Shown here one piece after another: positions 17,701 through 25,616 of a stretch of 29,777 nucleotides of DNA. This stretch comes from Myxococcota bacterium (GTDB lineage Bacteria; Myxococcota_A; UBA796; GCA-2862545): positions 1-29,777 of the forward strand of contig JBEBJW010000001.1 in the NCBI GenBank assembly GCA_040079715.1. The letters are read 5' to 3'. The notes under the pieces are model-generated. The model was not told the origin of the DNA, made no database searches, and saw nothing but the letters and a program-made list of their open reading frames with translations. Numbering within the stretch: position 1 is the first letter of the stretch; the number at the start of each line of letters is the position of its first letter. The position numbers were made by a program, and so were the translations under genes.

Positions 17701-19459
17701 GCGGTCGTACGAGGAGCGGCTGCGGCTGTTCAAGGCCGGGATGACCCCGGCCGGCGGCGGGTGGGAGAAGTACGACACCTCGCTGATCTCGAAGGGCGGC
17801 GGGGTGTTCGACCGGCGGGCGAAGAGCGTGCCGCTGTCGCCCGAGTGTCGGGTGATGCTCGGGATCGACCGCGAAGAGGCGCAGCCGGAGGAGGTGATCC
17901 ACGCGATCCTCCTGATGCAGGCGGATCTGCTGTGGAACGGCGGGATCGGCACCTACATCAAGGCCTCGACCGAGACCCACGCCGACGCCGACGATCGCAG
18001 CAACGACGCGATCCGGATCGACGCCACCGAGCTGAAGGTCAAGGTGATCGGCGAGGGCGGGAACCTCGGGCTGACCCAGAAGGCGCGGATCGAGGCCGGG
18101 CTGCTCGGGATCCGCCTGAACAACGACGCGGTCGACAACTCGGCCGGCGTTGATCTGTCGGATCACGAGGTCAACCTCAAGATCCTGCTGAACCGGGTGG
18201 TCGAGCGGGGCGAGATGACCGTCGACCAGCGCAACACGCTGCTGTCGCAGATGACGGACGAGGTCGCCGGGCTGGTGCTCGAGGACAACGACGCCCACGG
18301 TCGGCAGCTGTCGCGCGACCAGATCCGGTCGCGGGAGAACATCTTCCCGTTCGGCCGGGCGATCGCGTTCATCGAGCGCGAGTTCGGCCGGGACCGGTCG
18401 ACCCTCGATCTTCCGTCGGACAAGGAGCTCGATCGGCGCGCGGCGAACGGCCTCGGGCTGACCCGCCCGGAGCTCGCGGTGCTGTCGTCGTGGGTCAAGA
18501 TGTACGTCAAGCGCGAGCTGCTGAAGGGCGACCCGAAGCAGATCCCCGGGTACGACGTGCTCCTGCGGACCTACTTCCCGAAGGTGATCCAGGAGCGGTT
18601 CCCCGGTGACATCCAGGGCCACATGCTCGCCAACGAGATCGCCGTCACCGTCGCGATCACCCGGGTGATGGCCGACGCCGGCGCTTCGTTCTTCCCGATC
18701 GTGATCGAGTCCACCGGCTGCTCGGTGATGGAGATCATGATCGCGTACCGGAAGGCGGCGCGGATCGCCCGTCACCACGAGGTGCGCGGGTCGCTCGAGG
18801 ACCTCCGGTCCACCGTCGCGCTCGACGCGCTGTACCGGGCGTGGGTCGAGGTCGACAAGGGCACCCGCGAGGTCGCGGTGTACTGGCTGTCGTCCAGCGG
18901 GACGATCCCGGCGGACGAGGTGATCGACGAGATGCGGCACACGGTCGAGCAGGTGTACGACCTGCAGGCCAGCGAGGTCACCGCCCGGAACCGCGCGAAG
19001 CTCGAGTCGCTCCGCGCTCAGGGCCTCCCGGAGGAGATCGCGCGGCTGATCGTGAAGACCCAGTACCTGAACCTCGGGTTGACGGTGTTCGCCGAGTCGA
19101 AGCGCACCGGCACCGCGTTCGACGTGATCGCGGTCCGGCACCTGGCGATCGGCCGGGCGAGCAAGCTCCAGCAGGTGCTCGACGACCTCGCGAGCCGTCC
19201 GGCGACCGGGCGGTGGGACCCGCTGGCGATGCGGATCCTGTACACGCGGTTCCAGGGCCTGCTGCGCCAGACGGTCGCGAAGTGCCCGATCGACGTGGCG
19301 AACGCGTCGGTCGACGCCCTCGAGCCGCAGCTCGCGACCAACCGGCTCGCCGACGTGCGGACCCAGGTCGACGAGATGCTCGGGCGCGAGAACCACCCGT
19401 CGGTGGCGGCGCTGCTGGTGCTGGAAGAGCGGGTGGCGTCGGCGATCGCGCGGCTGTGA
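14774..19459 (+). CDS. gdhB: Large NAD-specific glutamate dehydrogenase (Bac_GDH), 1561 aa
   Basis: VARGGIRWSDR, VKNVVIVPTGSKGGF, DDPYLVVAADKGTAHLSD, WLGDAFASGGS.GYDHK, DLLWNGGIGTY, DNSAGVDLSDHEVNLKI. Confidence 0.97.
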   Translation: MALTTASSASKTQIRSSLPRWQGNIGEDLRPLFAAFVDETLNRLRGPFLAHHPPKQVLTYLEEAFRFALDRQDGELHAELRRRSGRGVSVLINMADQPFIVDTVRLFLRSHGADNWGGFSFVFRARRTADGRLAAVGEEDGSHESLVLLEADVGDLGDLAAATAALRQNLELARAMVRDFKAMTRTAERFGERCELLADRRPDQSEKMRETAAFLKWLGAENFVFMGVDGGEAPLGIQTVPGPTHHTADGTWPTPHFPGTVFVRKSTTESPVHRAGRIDEILVRVSDGTDTHQLFLRGMFTYRAVTQPSRHVPILRGVLADILNDQTTTGPGSFRYKGIANVFDSLPTEFLFTAPRQAISDMVERVFEAEQQQEVGVTFTLNGHDSGFCLVAMPKTQFGDDLRRELEQEIVRTTRATYCDHGVFVGRYDTVLLHYFLTGIRDVGPEVISSLTERVRELASPWLGRLWNDLSERLGEEEADRLVDRYGKAFPDSWTRSTTTTRAIADIQLLERLLADGRVQADVFEVGDDLILRVYQQNDVYLSDLMPVLSNFGIKVIDSYATEVTVAAGALHVDTFRLEGAEGCDRATLLERAPLLVEAIAQVFSGSLSDDRINALVLVGGLSWSEVDMLRGYMRYSRQIGMKLSVVRMTEIMLAHPIMFGSLVRLFRARFDPDLAGDRAQQMAAAGQVVTDELRYIQAHDEDLLVSTVRNLIESTVRTNFYRADGRGFLSFKFDASKVKLMSGNRPMFEIWVHSRDVEGIHLRFGKVARGGIRWSDRDDFRTEVLGLVTTQRVKNVVIVPTGSKGGFLLKNASRDPGERRRQADELYKTFIRGLLDLTDNSVGGKIVPPGRVVRHDEDDPYLVVAADKGTAHLSDTANALSIEYGFWLGDAFASGGSNGYDHKKVGITARGAWVLAKRHFAEMGIDPYSQDVTVVGIGDLGGDVFGNGLIESKHLKLRAAFNHIHIFLDPDPDSARSYEERLRLFKAGMTPAGGGWEKYDTSLISKGGGVFDRRAKSVPLSPECRVMLGIDREEAQPEEVIHAILLMQADLLWNGGIGTYIKASTETHADADDRSNDAIRIDATELKVKVIGEGGNLGLTQKARIEAGLLGIRLNNDAVDNSAGVDLSDHEVNLKILLNRVVERGEMTVDQRNTLLSQMTDEVAGLVLEDNDAHGRQLSRDQIRSRENIFPFGRAIAFIEREFGRDRSTLDLPSDKELDRRAANGLGLTRPELAVLSSWVKMYVKRELLKGDPKQIPGYDVLLRTYFPKVIQERFPGDIQGHMLANEIAVTVAITRVMADAGASFFPIVIESTGCSVMEIMIAYRKAARIARHHEVRGSLEDLRSTVALDALYRAWVEVDKGTREVAVYWLSSSGTIPADEVIDEMRHTVEQVYDLQASEVTARNRAKLESLRAQGLPEEIARLIVKTQYLNLGLTVFAESKRTGTAFDVIAVRHLAIGRASKLQQVLDDLASRPATGRWDPLAMRILYTRFQGLLRQTVAKCPIDVANASVDALEPQLATNRLADVRTQVDEMLGRENHPSVAALLVLEERVASAIARL

Positions 19460-19466
19460 CCACGCC

Positions 19467-20045
19467 GTGACCACCACCCGGTACTGGTTCGTGCGGCACG
19501 GCGAGTCCCTCGCGAACGCCGAGGGGTGGCTCGCAGGCCACCGCGACGTGCCGCTCACCGCGCTCGGGGTCGACCAGGCGAAGGCCGCGAAGGCCGCGCT
19601 GGTCGATGTCCGGCCGGACCGGGTGGTGTCGAGCGATCTGCGCCGCGCGGTCGACACGGCCCGGTTGGCGTGGGATCACCGGCTGCCACCGTCGCGGACC
19701 GCGGTCGAGGTCCGGGAGCGGGACCTCGGCGCGTGGGAGGGGCGGACGATCGGCGAGCTCGCCATCGACGGCGGGATGGCCACGCTGCTGTCGTGGGACC
19801 ACGGGCCGCCGGGCGGGGAGAGCCACCTGCTGCTCGGTCGGCGGGCGCTCGGGTTCCTGGCCGCGCGCGACGACGGCGCGTCGACGCTGCTGTTCGGCCA
19901 CGGCGGGTGGATCCGGACGGTGGTCGGGCTGGTGGACTGCGTGCCGTTGGCCGAGATCGGGCGGTTCAAGGTCGCGAACACCGAGGTGCTGATCCGCGAC
20001 GTCGAGCGGGGCACCTGGGCCCGGTGGTTGGAGCGCCTGAGCTGA
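19467..20045 (+). CDS. Histidine phosphatase (phosphoglycerate mutase family), 192 aa
   Basis: FVRHGES, SSDLRRA, ERDLGAWEG, PPGGES, GHGG. Confidence 0.9.
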   Translation: MTTTRYWFVRHGESLANAEGWLAGHRDVPLTALGVDQAKAAKAALVDVRPDRVVSSDLRRAVDTARLAWDHRLPPSRTAVEVRERDLGAWEGRTIGELAIDGGMATLLSWDHGPPGGESHLLLGRRALGFLAARDDGASTLLFGHGGWIRTVVGLVDCVPLAEIGRFKVANTEVLIRDVERGTWARWLERLS

Positions 20046-20066
20046 GGCCGCGCAGGTGACGCGCCG

Positions 20067-21203
20067 TCAGCTCCGCGGGGCGCCGAGCCGATCCAGGACC
20101 TGCGCGAGCTGCGCGAACCCGGTCCGCAGCAGGAACGTGGTGGCGCGCCCGTAGCTGTTCGCGCCGACCCGCACGTACCCGGGCTCGCCGGTCTCGAGGT
20201 CGTCGGGGGACACCCGCGGGACCGTCAGGCAGTCGGTGACGCCCGCCAACGCGAGGGCCAGCCGCGCGGTGCCCTCGGTGGTCGGCGCCACCTCGAGCGC
20301 CAGCTCCGACACAGGCCCGAGGTCCGGCCGGTACCCGACCAGCCCGACGATCGCGTCCACCTCGGTGACCACCCGGCCACCGGACAACCGGACCTCGCGC
20401 GGGGCGATCGCCTCGACCGTCGCGCGGCGCTCGACCCGCAGCCACGGGGGCGGGCGGGCCGCGAGCCCGTTGGCGTCACCGACGACCCGGGCCCGCTCCG
20501 GGAGCGGATCGTTCGCCACGTCCACGCACGGGCGGGTGTTGCCCGACCGGGTGGCCCAGACCACCGACGCGCCGGCGTCACCGAGCCACCGGACCGCGTG
20601 GGCGGCGGAGTGCCCGTGCCCGACCAGCACCACCCGCCGGTCGGCCAGGCGCGGGAGGGCGTCGCGGAGCCCGCCGAGGTCCCGGATCACCGGCGCAGCG
20701 GGCTCACCCGGCGCCGGCAGCCCGCCGGACCCGAGCCACTGCGGGGTGCCGTACACGCCGGTGGCGTCGAGGACCGCGTCCGCCTCGAGCCACGACCCGC
20801 GACCGTCGGCCTCGACCACCAGCCGGAACGGCCGCTCGGCCCGGATCGGGTGGTTCGGGTAGTCGCCCCGGCGCATCCCGGCGCGCCCGATCGCGACCAC
20901 CCGGTGGCCGACCCGGACCCGCTCCCCGAGGTGGGCGGCGACCGGGCGGAGCACCTGCGCGACGTGCTCGGTGCCGGTCAGCAGGGCGTCCGCGGCCGGG
21001 CAGGACCCGCCCAGGACCTCGGCGATCTCCGGGGTCAGGTTCATCGACACCGGGGAGAACAACCGGACGCCGCCCCACCGGAGCAGCGCGCCGCCGACCT
21101 GGTCGCGCTCGAGCACGGTGACGTCGTGTCCGCGGCGGACCGCGCCGAGGGCCGCGGCGAGCCCGATCGGCCCGGCGCCGACCACCACCACCCGGCGGTT
21201 CAC
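20067..21203 (-). CDS. FAD/NAD(P)-dependent oxidoreductase (flavin monooxygenase-like, ArsO-like), 378 aa
   Basis: VVVVGAGPIGL Rossmann motif, W..VRLFSP, DATG, VGHGHSA, VGANSYGRATTFLLRTG; GTG start overlaps the upstream stop. Confidence 0.8.
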   Translation of the reverse strand: MNRRVVVVGAGPIGLAAALGAVRRGHDVTVLERDQVGGALLRWGGVRLFSPVSMNLTPEIAEVLGGSCPAADALLTGTEHVAQVLRPVAAHLGERVRVGHRVVAIGRAGMRRGDYPNHPIRAERPFRLVVEADGRGSWLEADAVLDATGVYGTPQWLGSGGLPAPGEPAAPVIRDLGGLRDALPRLADRRVVLVGHGHSAAHAVRWLGDAGASVVWATRSGNTRPCVDVANDPLPERARVVGDANGLAARPPPWLRVERRATVEAIAPREVRLSGGRVVTEVDAIVGLVGYRPDLGPVSELALEVAPTTEGTARLALALAGVTDCLTVPRVSPDDLETGEPGYVRVGANSYGRATTFLLRTGFAQLAQVLDRLGAPRS

Positions 21204-21526
21204 TTGCGGGCGATCGTGTTCAGGGTCTGGGCCCAGTGCGCGATGGTCCCGCCGCCGCGGATCGCGGCCGCCACCTGGAGCGCCTCGGCCAGCTCCTCCG
21301 GGGTGATCGTGTCGTCGGAGCAAGCCGACGCATACGAGTCGATGCAGTACGGCTCCTGGATCGCGTTCGCGACGGCGTAGGCGATCAGCTTCTTGGTCTT
21401 GCCGTCGAGCGCGCCGGGCTCCATCACCGCGCGGTACCAGTTCAGGAACAGGTCGAACCGGACGGGGTCGGTCTTGCCGATCTCGCCGAACCGGGCCAGG
21501 TCTTCGGACAGGTAGTAGCTGGGCAC
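21200..21526 (-). CDS. AhpD/carboxymuconolactone decarboxylase-like protein resembling the arsenosugar-biosynthesis-associated peroxidase-like family, 108 aa
   Basis: YY...DL..FG.I, GALDGKTKKLIAYAVA, QEPYCIDSY, AAAIRGGG..AH..Q motifs; GAGG RBS before GTG 21526. Confidence 0.8.
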   Translation of the reverse strand: MPSYYLSEDLARFGEIGKTDPVRFDLFLNWYRAVMEPGALDGKTKKLIAYAVANAIQEPYCIDSYASACSDDTITPEELAEALQVAAAIRGGGTIAHWAQTLNTIARK

Positions 21527-21699
21527 GTGCACCTCGGTGGAGCAGGTGGGGGTAACCTCGGGCGGGGTCTGACGGGATACCCGGCGTGGTCCCGGATCCC
21601 CGGCTCCGGCGGGTCGCACCGGCCCGGGCGGCCGCTGCGGGCCAGGTCCCGGCACGGGAGGCCGTGCGGGGTGGTATCGTCCGGGTCCCCGGAGGTCGG

Positions 21700-23304
21700 A
21701 TGTTGCTCGCGATCGCGCTCGGATGCCAAGAACCGAAGGACACGACCGACGTCGGTCCGGACCCGACCCCGACCGACACCCCGTCGCCGTCGACCACGCC
21801 GACCCCGACCGGGCCGACGACCACGACCACGACGACCACGACGACCACGACGACCACGACGACGACCACCACCGCGCCGGATCCGTGCGCGGTCGACCCC
21901 ACCCTGACGATCTCGGCGGTGGCGTCGCAGCCGTGGCACGAGAACGAGGCGGCGTTCACGGTCGACCTCAGCGCCGCGGCGTCGGTCGCGGTCGCGTGCA
22001 CCCTGCGGGACGATCCGGCCGAGGTCCACCTGATCGAGGGGACCGAGGCGGCCGACCACCACGAGCTCCGGATGTCGGGGCTGCTGGCCGACGCGACCTA
22101 CGACTGCGTCGCCGGTGCCGTGTGCCCCCAGACCGCGGATCCCGTCGGGTTCGAGCTCGTGACCGGTCCGCCGGTCGACTACCTGCCCGCGGTCGACGTG
22201 TTCGACTACGGCGGCGCCGGCTCCGAGTACGTGCTCGCCAACCACAGCCGCGGCTGCAACGTCCCGACCCAGAAGCTGCTCGTGTTCGACCGCGCCGGGC
22301 GGATCCGCTGGTGGTACACCACCGAGGAGGCCGGTCCGTCGGTCGAGTTCCGGTACCACGGCGGCGACCAGTTCGAGTGGGGCGGCGGGTGGGCCCCGAA
22401 CAACGACGGCCGGCCGCGCCAGGTCGACCTGTACGACGGCCAGATCTACGACAGCGCCGCCGCCCTCCCCGATTGGCAGGGCAGCCTGTTCCATCACGAC
22501 GGCAAGCAGCTCCCGGACGGCCGGATCCTGACCCTCGAGGAGGTCGAGATCGACGACGGCGGCGGCGGGTTCCGCGGGTTCCGGGTCCGGCGGTTGGATC
22601 CGGCGACGAACACGGTGGACTTCGACTACCACAGCCAGCGGGCGTTCGACGAGGATCAGCTCCCGGTCCCGTTCACGTTCGACGGCGACGCCTGGCACGC
22701 CAACTGGGTCGACATCGTCGACGAGAAGCTGTATGTCAGCCTGTGCAACATCCAGGAGGTCGCGGCGATCGACGTCGCCACCGGTGACTGGCTGTGGACG
22801 TTCGGCGCGGACGGCGAGTTCGACCTGTTCGATCCGTTCGGCGACGCGCTCCCGCGGACGCAGTTCACCCAGTGCCAGCACGGCCTCGAGTACACCCCGG
22901 ACGACCACCTGCTGGTGTACGACAACGGGCGTCAGCGCGGGTTCACCCGGGTCGCCGAGTACGCGCTCGACGTCCCCGCCCGCGCCGCGACGCTGCTGTG
23001 GAGCTGGACCGAGGACGACTGGTACGAGGAGATCCTCGGCGACGCGGACTGGCTGCCGAGCGGCCACGCGCTGGTCCTCGCCGGGCACGAGGAGTGCTAC
23101 TCGTCGAACCGCGGCGACCACACCACGATCTACGAGGTGGACCCCGTCGCCGGCGACAAGGTGTGGGAGCTCCAGTACCGCGACATCGAGCGGATGGCGT
23201 ACCGCGCCGACTGGGCCGACCCGTGCGCCCTGTTCGCCAACGCCGCGTACTGTCCGGCGATCGGCGACCGCCTGGCGGCGCTGGCGGAGGTGCTGACGCC
23301 GTAG
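21700..23304 (+). CDS. Arylsulfotransferase (ASST)-like beta-propeller lipoprotein with Pro/Thr linker, 534 aa
   Basis: GGAGG RBS; MLLAIALGC; FHHD..QLPDG, HANWV, QCQHG, LLVYDNG, GDADWLPSG. Confidence 0.75.
   Translation: MLLAIALGCQEPKDTTDVGPDPTPTDTPSPSTTPTPTGPTTTTTTTTTTTTTTTTTTTAPDPCAVDPTLTISAVASQPWHENEAAFTVDLSAAASVAVACTLRDDPAEVHLIEGTEAADHHELRMSGLLADATYDCVAGAVCPQTADPVGFELVTGPPVDYLPAVDVFDYGGAGSEYVLANHSRGCNVPTQKLLVFDRAGRIRWWYTTEEAGPSVEFRYHGGDQFEWGGGWAPNNDGRPRQVDLYDGQIYDSAAALPDWQGSLFHHDGKQLPDGRILTLEEVEIDDGGGGFRGFRVRRLDPATNTVDFDYHSQRAFDEDQLPVPFTFDGDAWHANWVDIVDEKLYVSLCNIQEVAAIDVATGDWLWTFGADGEFDLFDPFGDALPRTQFTQCQHGLEYTPDDHLLVYDNGRQRGFTRVAEYALDVPARAATLLWSWTEDDWYEEILGDADWLPSGHALVLAGHEECYSSNRGDHTTIYEVDPVAGDKVWELQYRDIERMAYRADWADPCALFANAAYCPAIGDRLAALAEVLTP
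21817..21873 (+). repeat. ACG/ACC repeat encoding 19 consecutive Thr
   Basis: Read directly; largely ACGACCACG units. Confidence 0.9.
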
Positions 23305-23357
23305 CGGATGTGACGAACGTGTGGCATCGTCGGGCGTCCGTGTAACGAGGAGGTCCG

Positions 23358-24368
23358 ATGTGGCTGCTGGTCGCGTGCACCCGGACGCTGGTCCCACAGG
23401 CCAGCGGTCCCGACGACGGGTCCGACCCGACGACCGACGGCTCCACCTCCGGCACCGACGGCGCGTCGTCGACCGGCGACACCGGCCCCACGCTGCCGAC
23501 GACCGACCCGGACTGCCTCGCGCCGCGGGTCGAGGGCCCGGTGCCGTTCGGGACGATCGAGCGGATCCAGACCGAGGAGGACTTCGACTTCGATCGCGAC
23601 GGGCACCTCGTCGCGCAGCACGGCAACGATCTCCTCGGGTACCTCCGCGACGGCGGGACCGCAGTCGTCGCGCCGGGGATCGGGCCCGACGCGGCCGGGA
23701 TCCGCGCGCTCACCACCGGCGACTTCGTGGTCGCCCAGCCGGACACCGGCGTCGTGAAGCTGGTCGACGGCCTGACCGGCGGCTCGGTCAACGCGTTCAC
23801 CGATCTGCGGTCTCCGAACGGGGTCGAGGCGGGCGTCGACGGGTTCGTGTACCTGTCGGAGTTCACGCTGTCCGGCAAGCTCCGGATGGTCGAGCCGTAC
23901 ACCGGAGCCGAGCGGTTGCTGCTCGGTGACTCGCCGATCAACGCCATCGCGCTGTCTCCGGACGAGCAGGTGCTGTACGTGTCTTCGTACGGATACGGAG
24001 GCGGCGGCGCGTTCAACGGGATCGCGGCCCTGGATCGCGAGCCCGACGGGAGCTGGAACGTGTTCCCGCGCGAGGTCCTGGCGGCCGAGGCGCTGATCCA
24101 GGGCCTGGTGACCGACAAGTGCGGGAACCTGTACTCGGTCGAGTCGCAGACCGGCATCGTCCGCCGGTACAACCTCGCGGACCAGACGGTCGACGTGCTC
24201 GCGAACCTCGGCGACGCCGGCGGCTACGGGTACGGGTTCTTCTCGAGCGCCCGGTTCGGGCCGGGGATCGGCGGGTGGAACCGCACCGAGCTGTACGTCA
24301 CCGACCGGGCGCGGATCTACGTGATGGACGTGGGGATCGAGGGGCGCCACGTCCTCGCTGCGGACTGA
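23358..24368 (+). CDS. SMP-30/gluconolactonase-like beta-propeller, probable lipoprotein, 336 aa
   Basis: GAGGAGG RBS; EDFDFDRDG, SPNGVEAGVDG.VYLSE, NAIALSPDEQVLYV, GL.TD.CGNLY, ELYVTD. Confidence 0.78.
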   Translation: MWLLVACTRTLVPQASGPDDGSDPTTDGSTSGTDGASSTGDTGPTLPTTDPDCLAPRVEGPVPFGTIERIQTEEDFDFDRDGHLVAQHGNDLLGYLRDGGTAVVAPGIGPDAAGIRALTTGDFVVAQPDTGVVKLVDGLTGGSVNAFTDLRSPNGVEAGVDGFVYLSEFTLSGKLRMVEPYTGAERLLLGDSPINAIALSPDEQVLYVSSYGYGGGGAFNGIAALDREPDGSWNVFPREVLAAEALIQGLVTDKCGNLYSVESQTGIVRRYNLADQTVDVLANLGDAGGYGYGFFSSARFGPGIGGWNRTELYVTDRARIYVMDVGIEGRHVLAAD

Positions 24369-24371
24369 TCG

Positions 24372-25553
24372 CTACCGAGGCTGGGCGACCCACGCCGCGA
24401 TCGTCGCCCGCTCCTCGTCGGTCATCTTCGTCAGGTTGCCGAGCGGCATCGCGCGGGTCGACACGACCTGGACCCCGATCGCCTCGCGGAGGGCCTCGAT
24501 CGTCTCCGGGCGGTCGAGGACCACGCCCTTCGGCGGCGACGCGAGGCCGGCGAGGATCGGGCGCGCGGTGTGGCACGGCAGGCACCGCTGCGCCACGATC
24601 ATCTGGACCGTCACCAGCGGCACCGCCGGCGCCCCGTCCACCGGCGCAGGCCGCGCGGGCCGGGCGTACAGGGCGGCCGCGACGAGGGACCCCGCCGCGA
24701 TCGGCCACAGCCACGGCATCGGGCGACCGCGCTCGGCGGTGTTCAGGGCGTGCCGCACGGCGACCCCGGCGCCCGCGATCCCGAGCAGCACCAACCACCC
24801 GTGCGGATGGCCCCACGTGCTCGGCGTGTGGCCGCTGATCATCACGAACAGCACCGGGAGGGTGAAGTAGTTGTTGTGGAGGGACCGCTGCGCCCCGGCC
24901 GCGCCGCGCTCGACCGGCGGCGGCGCCCCCGCGACCATCGCGTCGACCATCGCCCGCTGGCCGGGGATGATCACGAACAGCACGTTGGCGGCCATCCAGG
25001 TCCCGAGCATCGCCCCGACGTGGAGGTACGCGGCGCGCGGGGCGAGCACCTGGAACAGCCCCACGTCCGCCGTCACCACCAGCGCGATCACCGCGGCGGC
25101 CAGGACCCGCGGGTGGCGTGCCAACGCGCGGCACGCGAGATCGTACGCGACGTACCCGCCCGCGAGGGCTGCGGCGGCGACCCCGACCGCGGCGCCGGGG
25201 CCGATCGGCGAGTCCGGGGTCACCATCGTGGCGGCCGCGTTCGACCAGTACACCAGCAGCAGCAGGAAGAACCCGGACAGCCAGGTGAGGTAGGCCTCCC
25301 ACTTGAACCAGTGGAGCTCGGCGGGGAGGGTCTCCGGGGCGCCCCCGTACTTCTGCACGCGGTAGAACGCGCCCCCGTGGACCGCCCACAGGTCGCCGGC
25401 GACCCGCGGCGACACGTCCGCGGTGAGGGGCGGGCGGACCGCGTTGTTCAGCCACACGAAGTAGAACGACGCGCCGATCCACGCGATCCCGAGGGTCAGG
25501 TGGAACCAGCGGCCCAGCAACCCGAGCCACTCCGCGAGGTATCCGTCGATCAT
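24372..25553 (-). CDS. puuD: Membrane urate hydroxylase PuuD (Urate_ox_N plus C-terminal cytochrome c), 393 aa
   Basis: RWFHL..GIAWIGASFYF, W.VHGG.FY, LHWFKWEAY.TWLSG, RS.HNNYFTLPVLF.MIS.H, CLPCH heme motif, MPLGN.T.MT.EER. Confidence 0.92.
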   Translation of the reverse strand: MIDGYLAEWLGLLGRWFHLTLGIAWIGASFYFVWLNNAVRPPLTADVSPRVAGDLWAVHGGAFYRVQKYGGAPETLPAELHWFKWEAYLTWLSGFFLLLLVYWSNAAATMVTPDSPIGPGAAVGVAAAALAGGYVAYDLACRALARHPRVLAAAVIALVVTADVGLFQVLAPRAAYLHVGAMLGTWMAANVLFVIIPGQRAMVDAMVAGAPPPVERGAAGAQRSLHNNYFTLPVLFVMISGHTPSTWGHPHGWLVLLGIAGAGVAVRHALNTAERGRPMPWLWPIAAGSLVAAALYARPARPAPVDGAPAVPLVTVQMIVAQRCLPCHTARPILAGLASPPKGVVLDRPETIEALREAIGVQVVSTRAMPLGNLTKMTDEERATIAAWVAQPR

Positions 25554-25616
25554 GGCCCGGCTCCGGACGACCGACCCCGTATCGCGTCGCGGGTCGAACG
25601 TCGTGGACCCCGCGCC

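Noticed and set aside
14609-19657. 1682-aa antisense ORF spanning gdhB
   Set aside because: Codon-in-register with gdhB; explained by avoidance of TTA, CTA and TCA codons in GC-rich genes. Composition is shadow-like with no motifs.
21340-21365. Selenocysteine recoding at the AhpD-like CxxC position
   Set aside because: The codon is GAG (Glu), not TGA.
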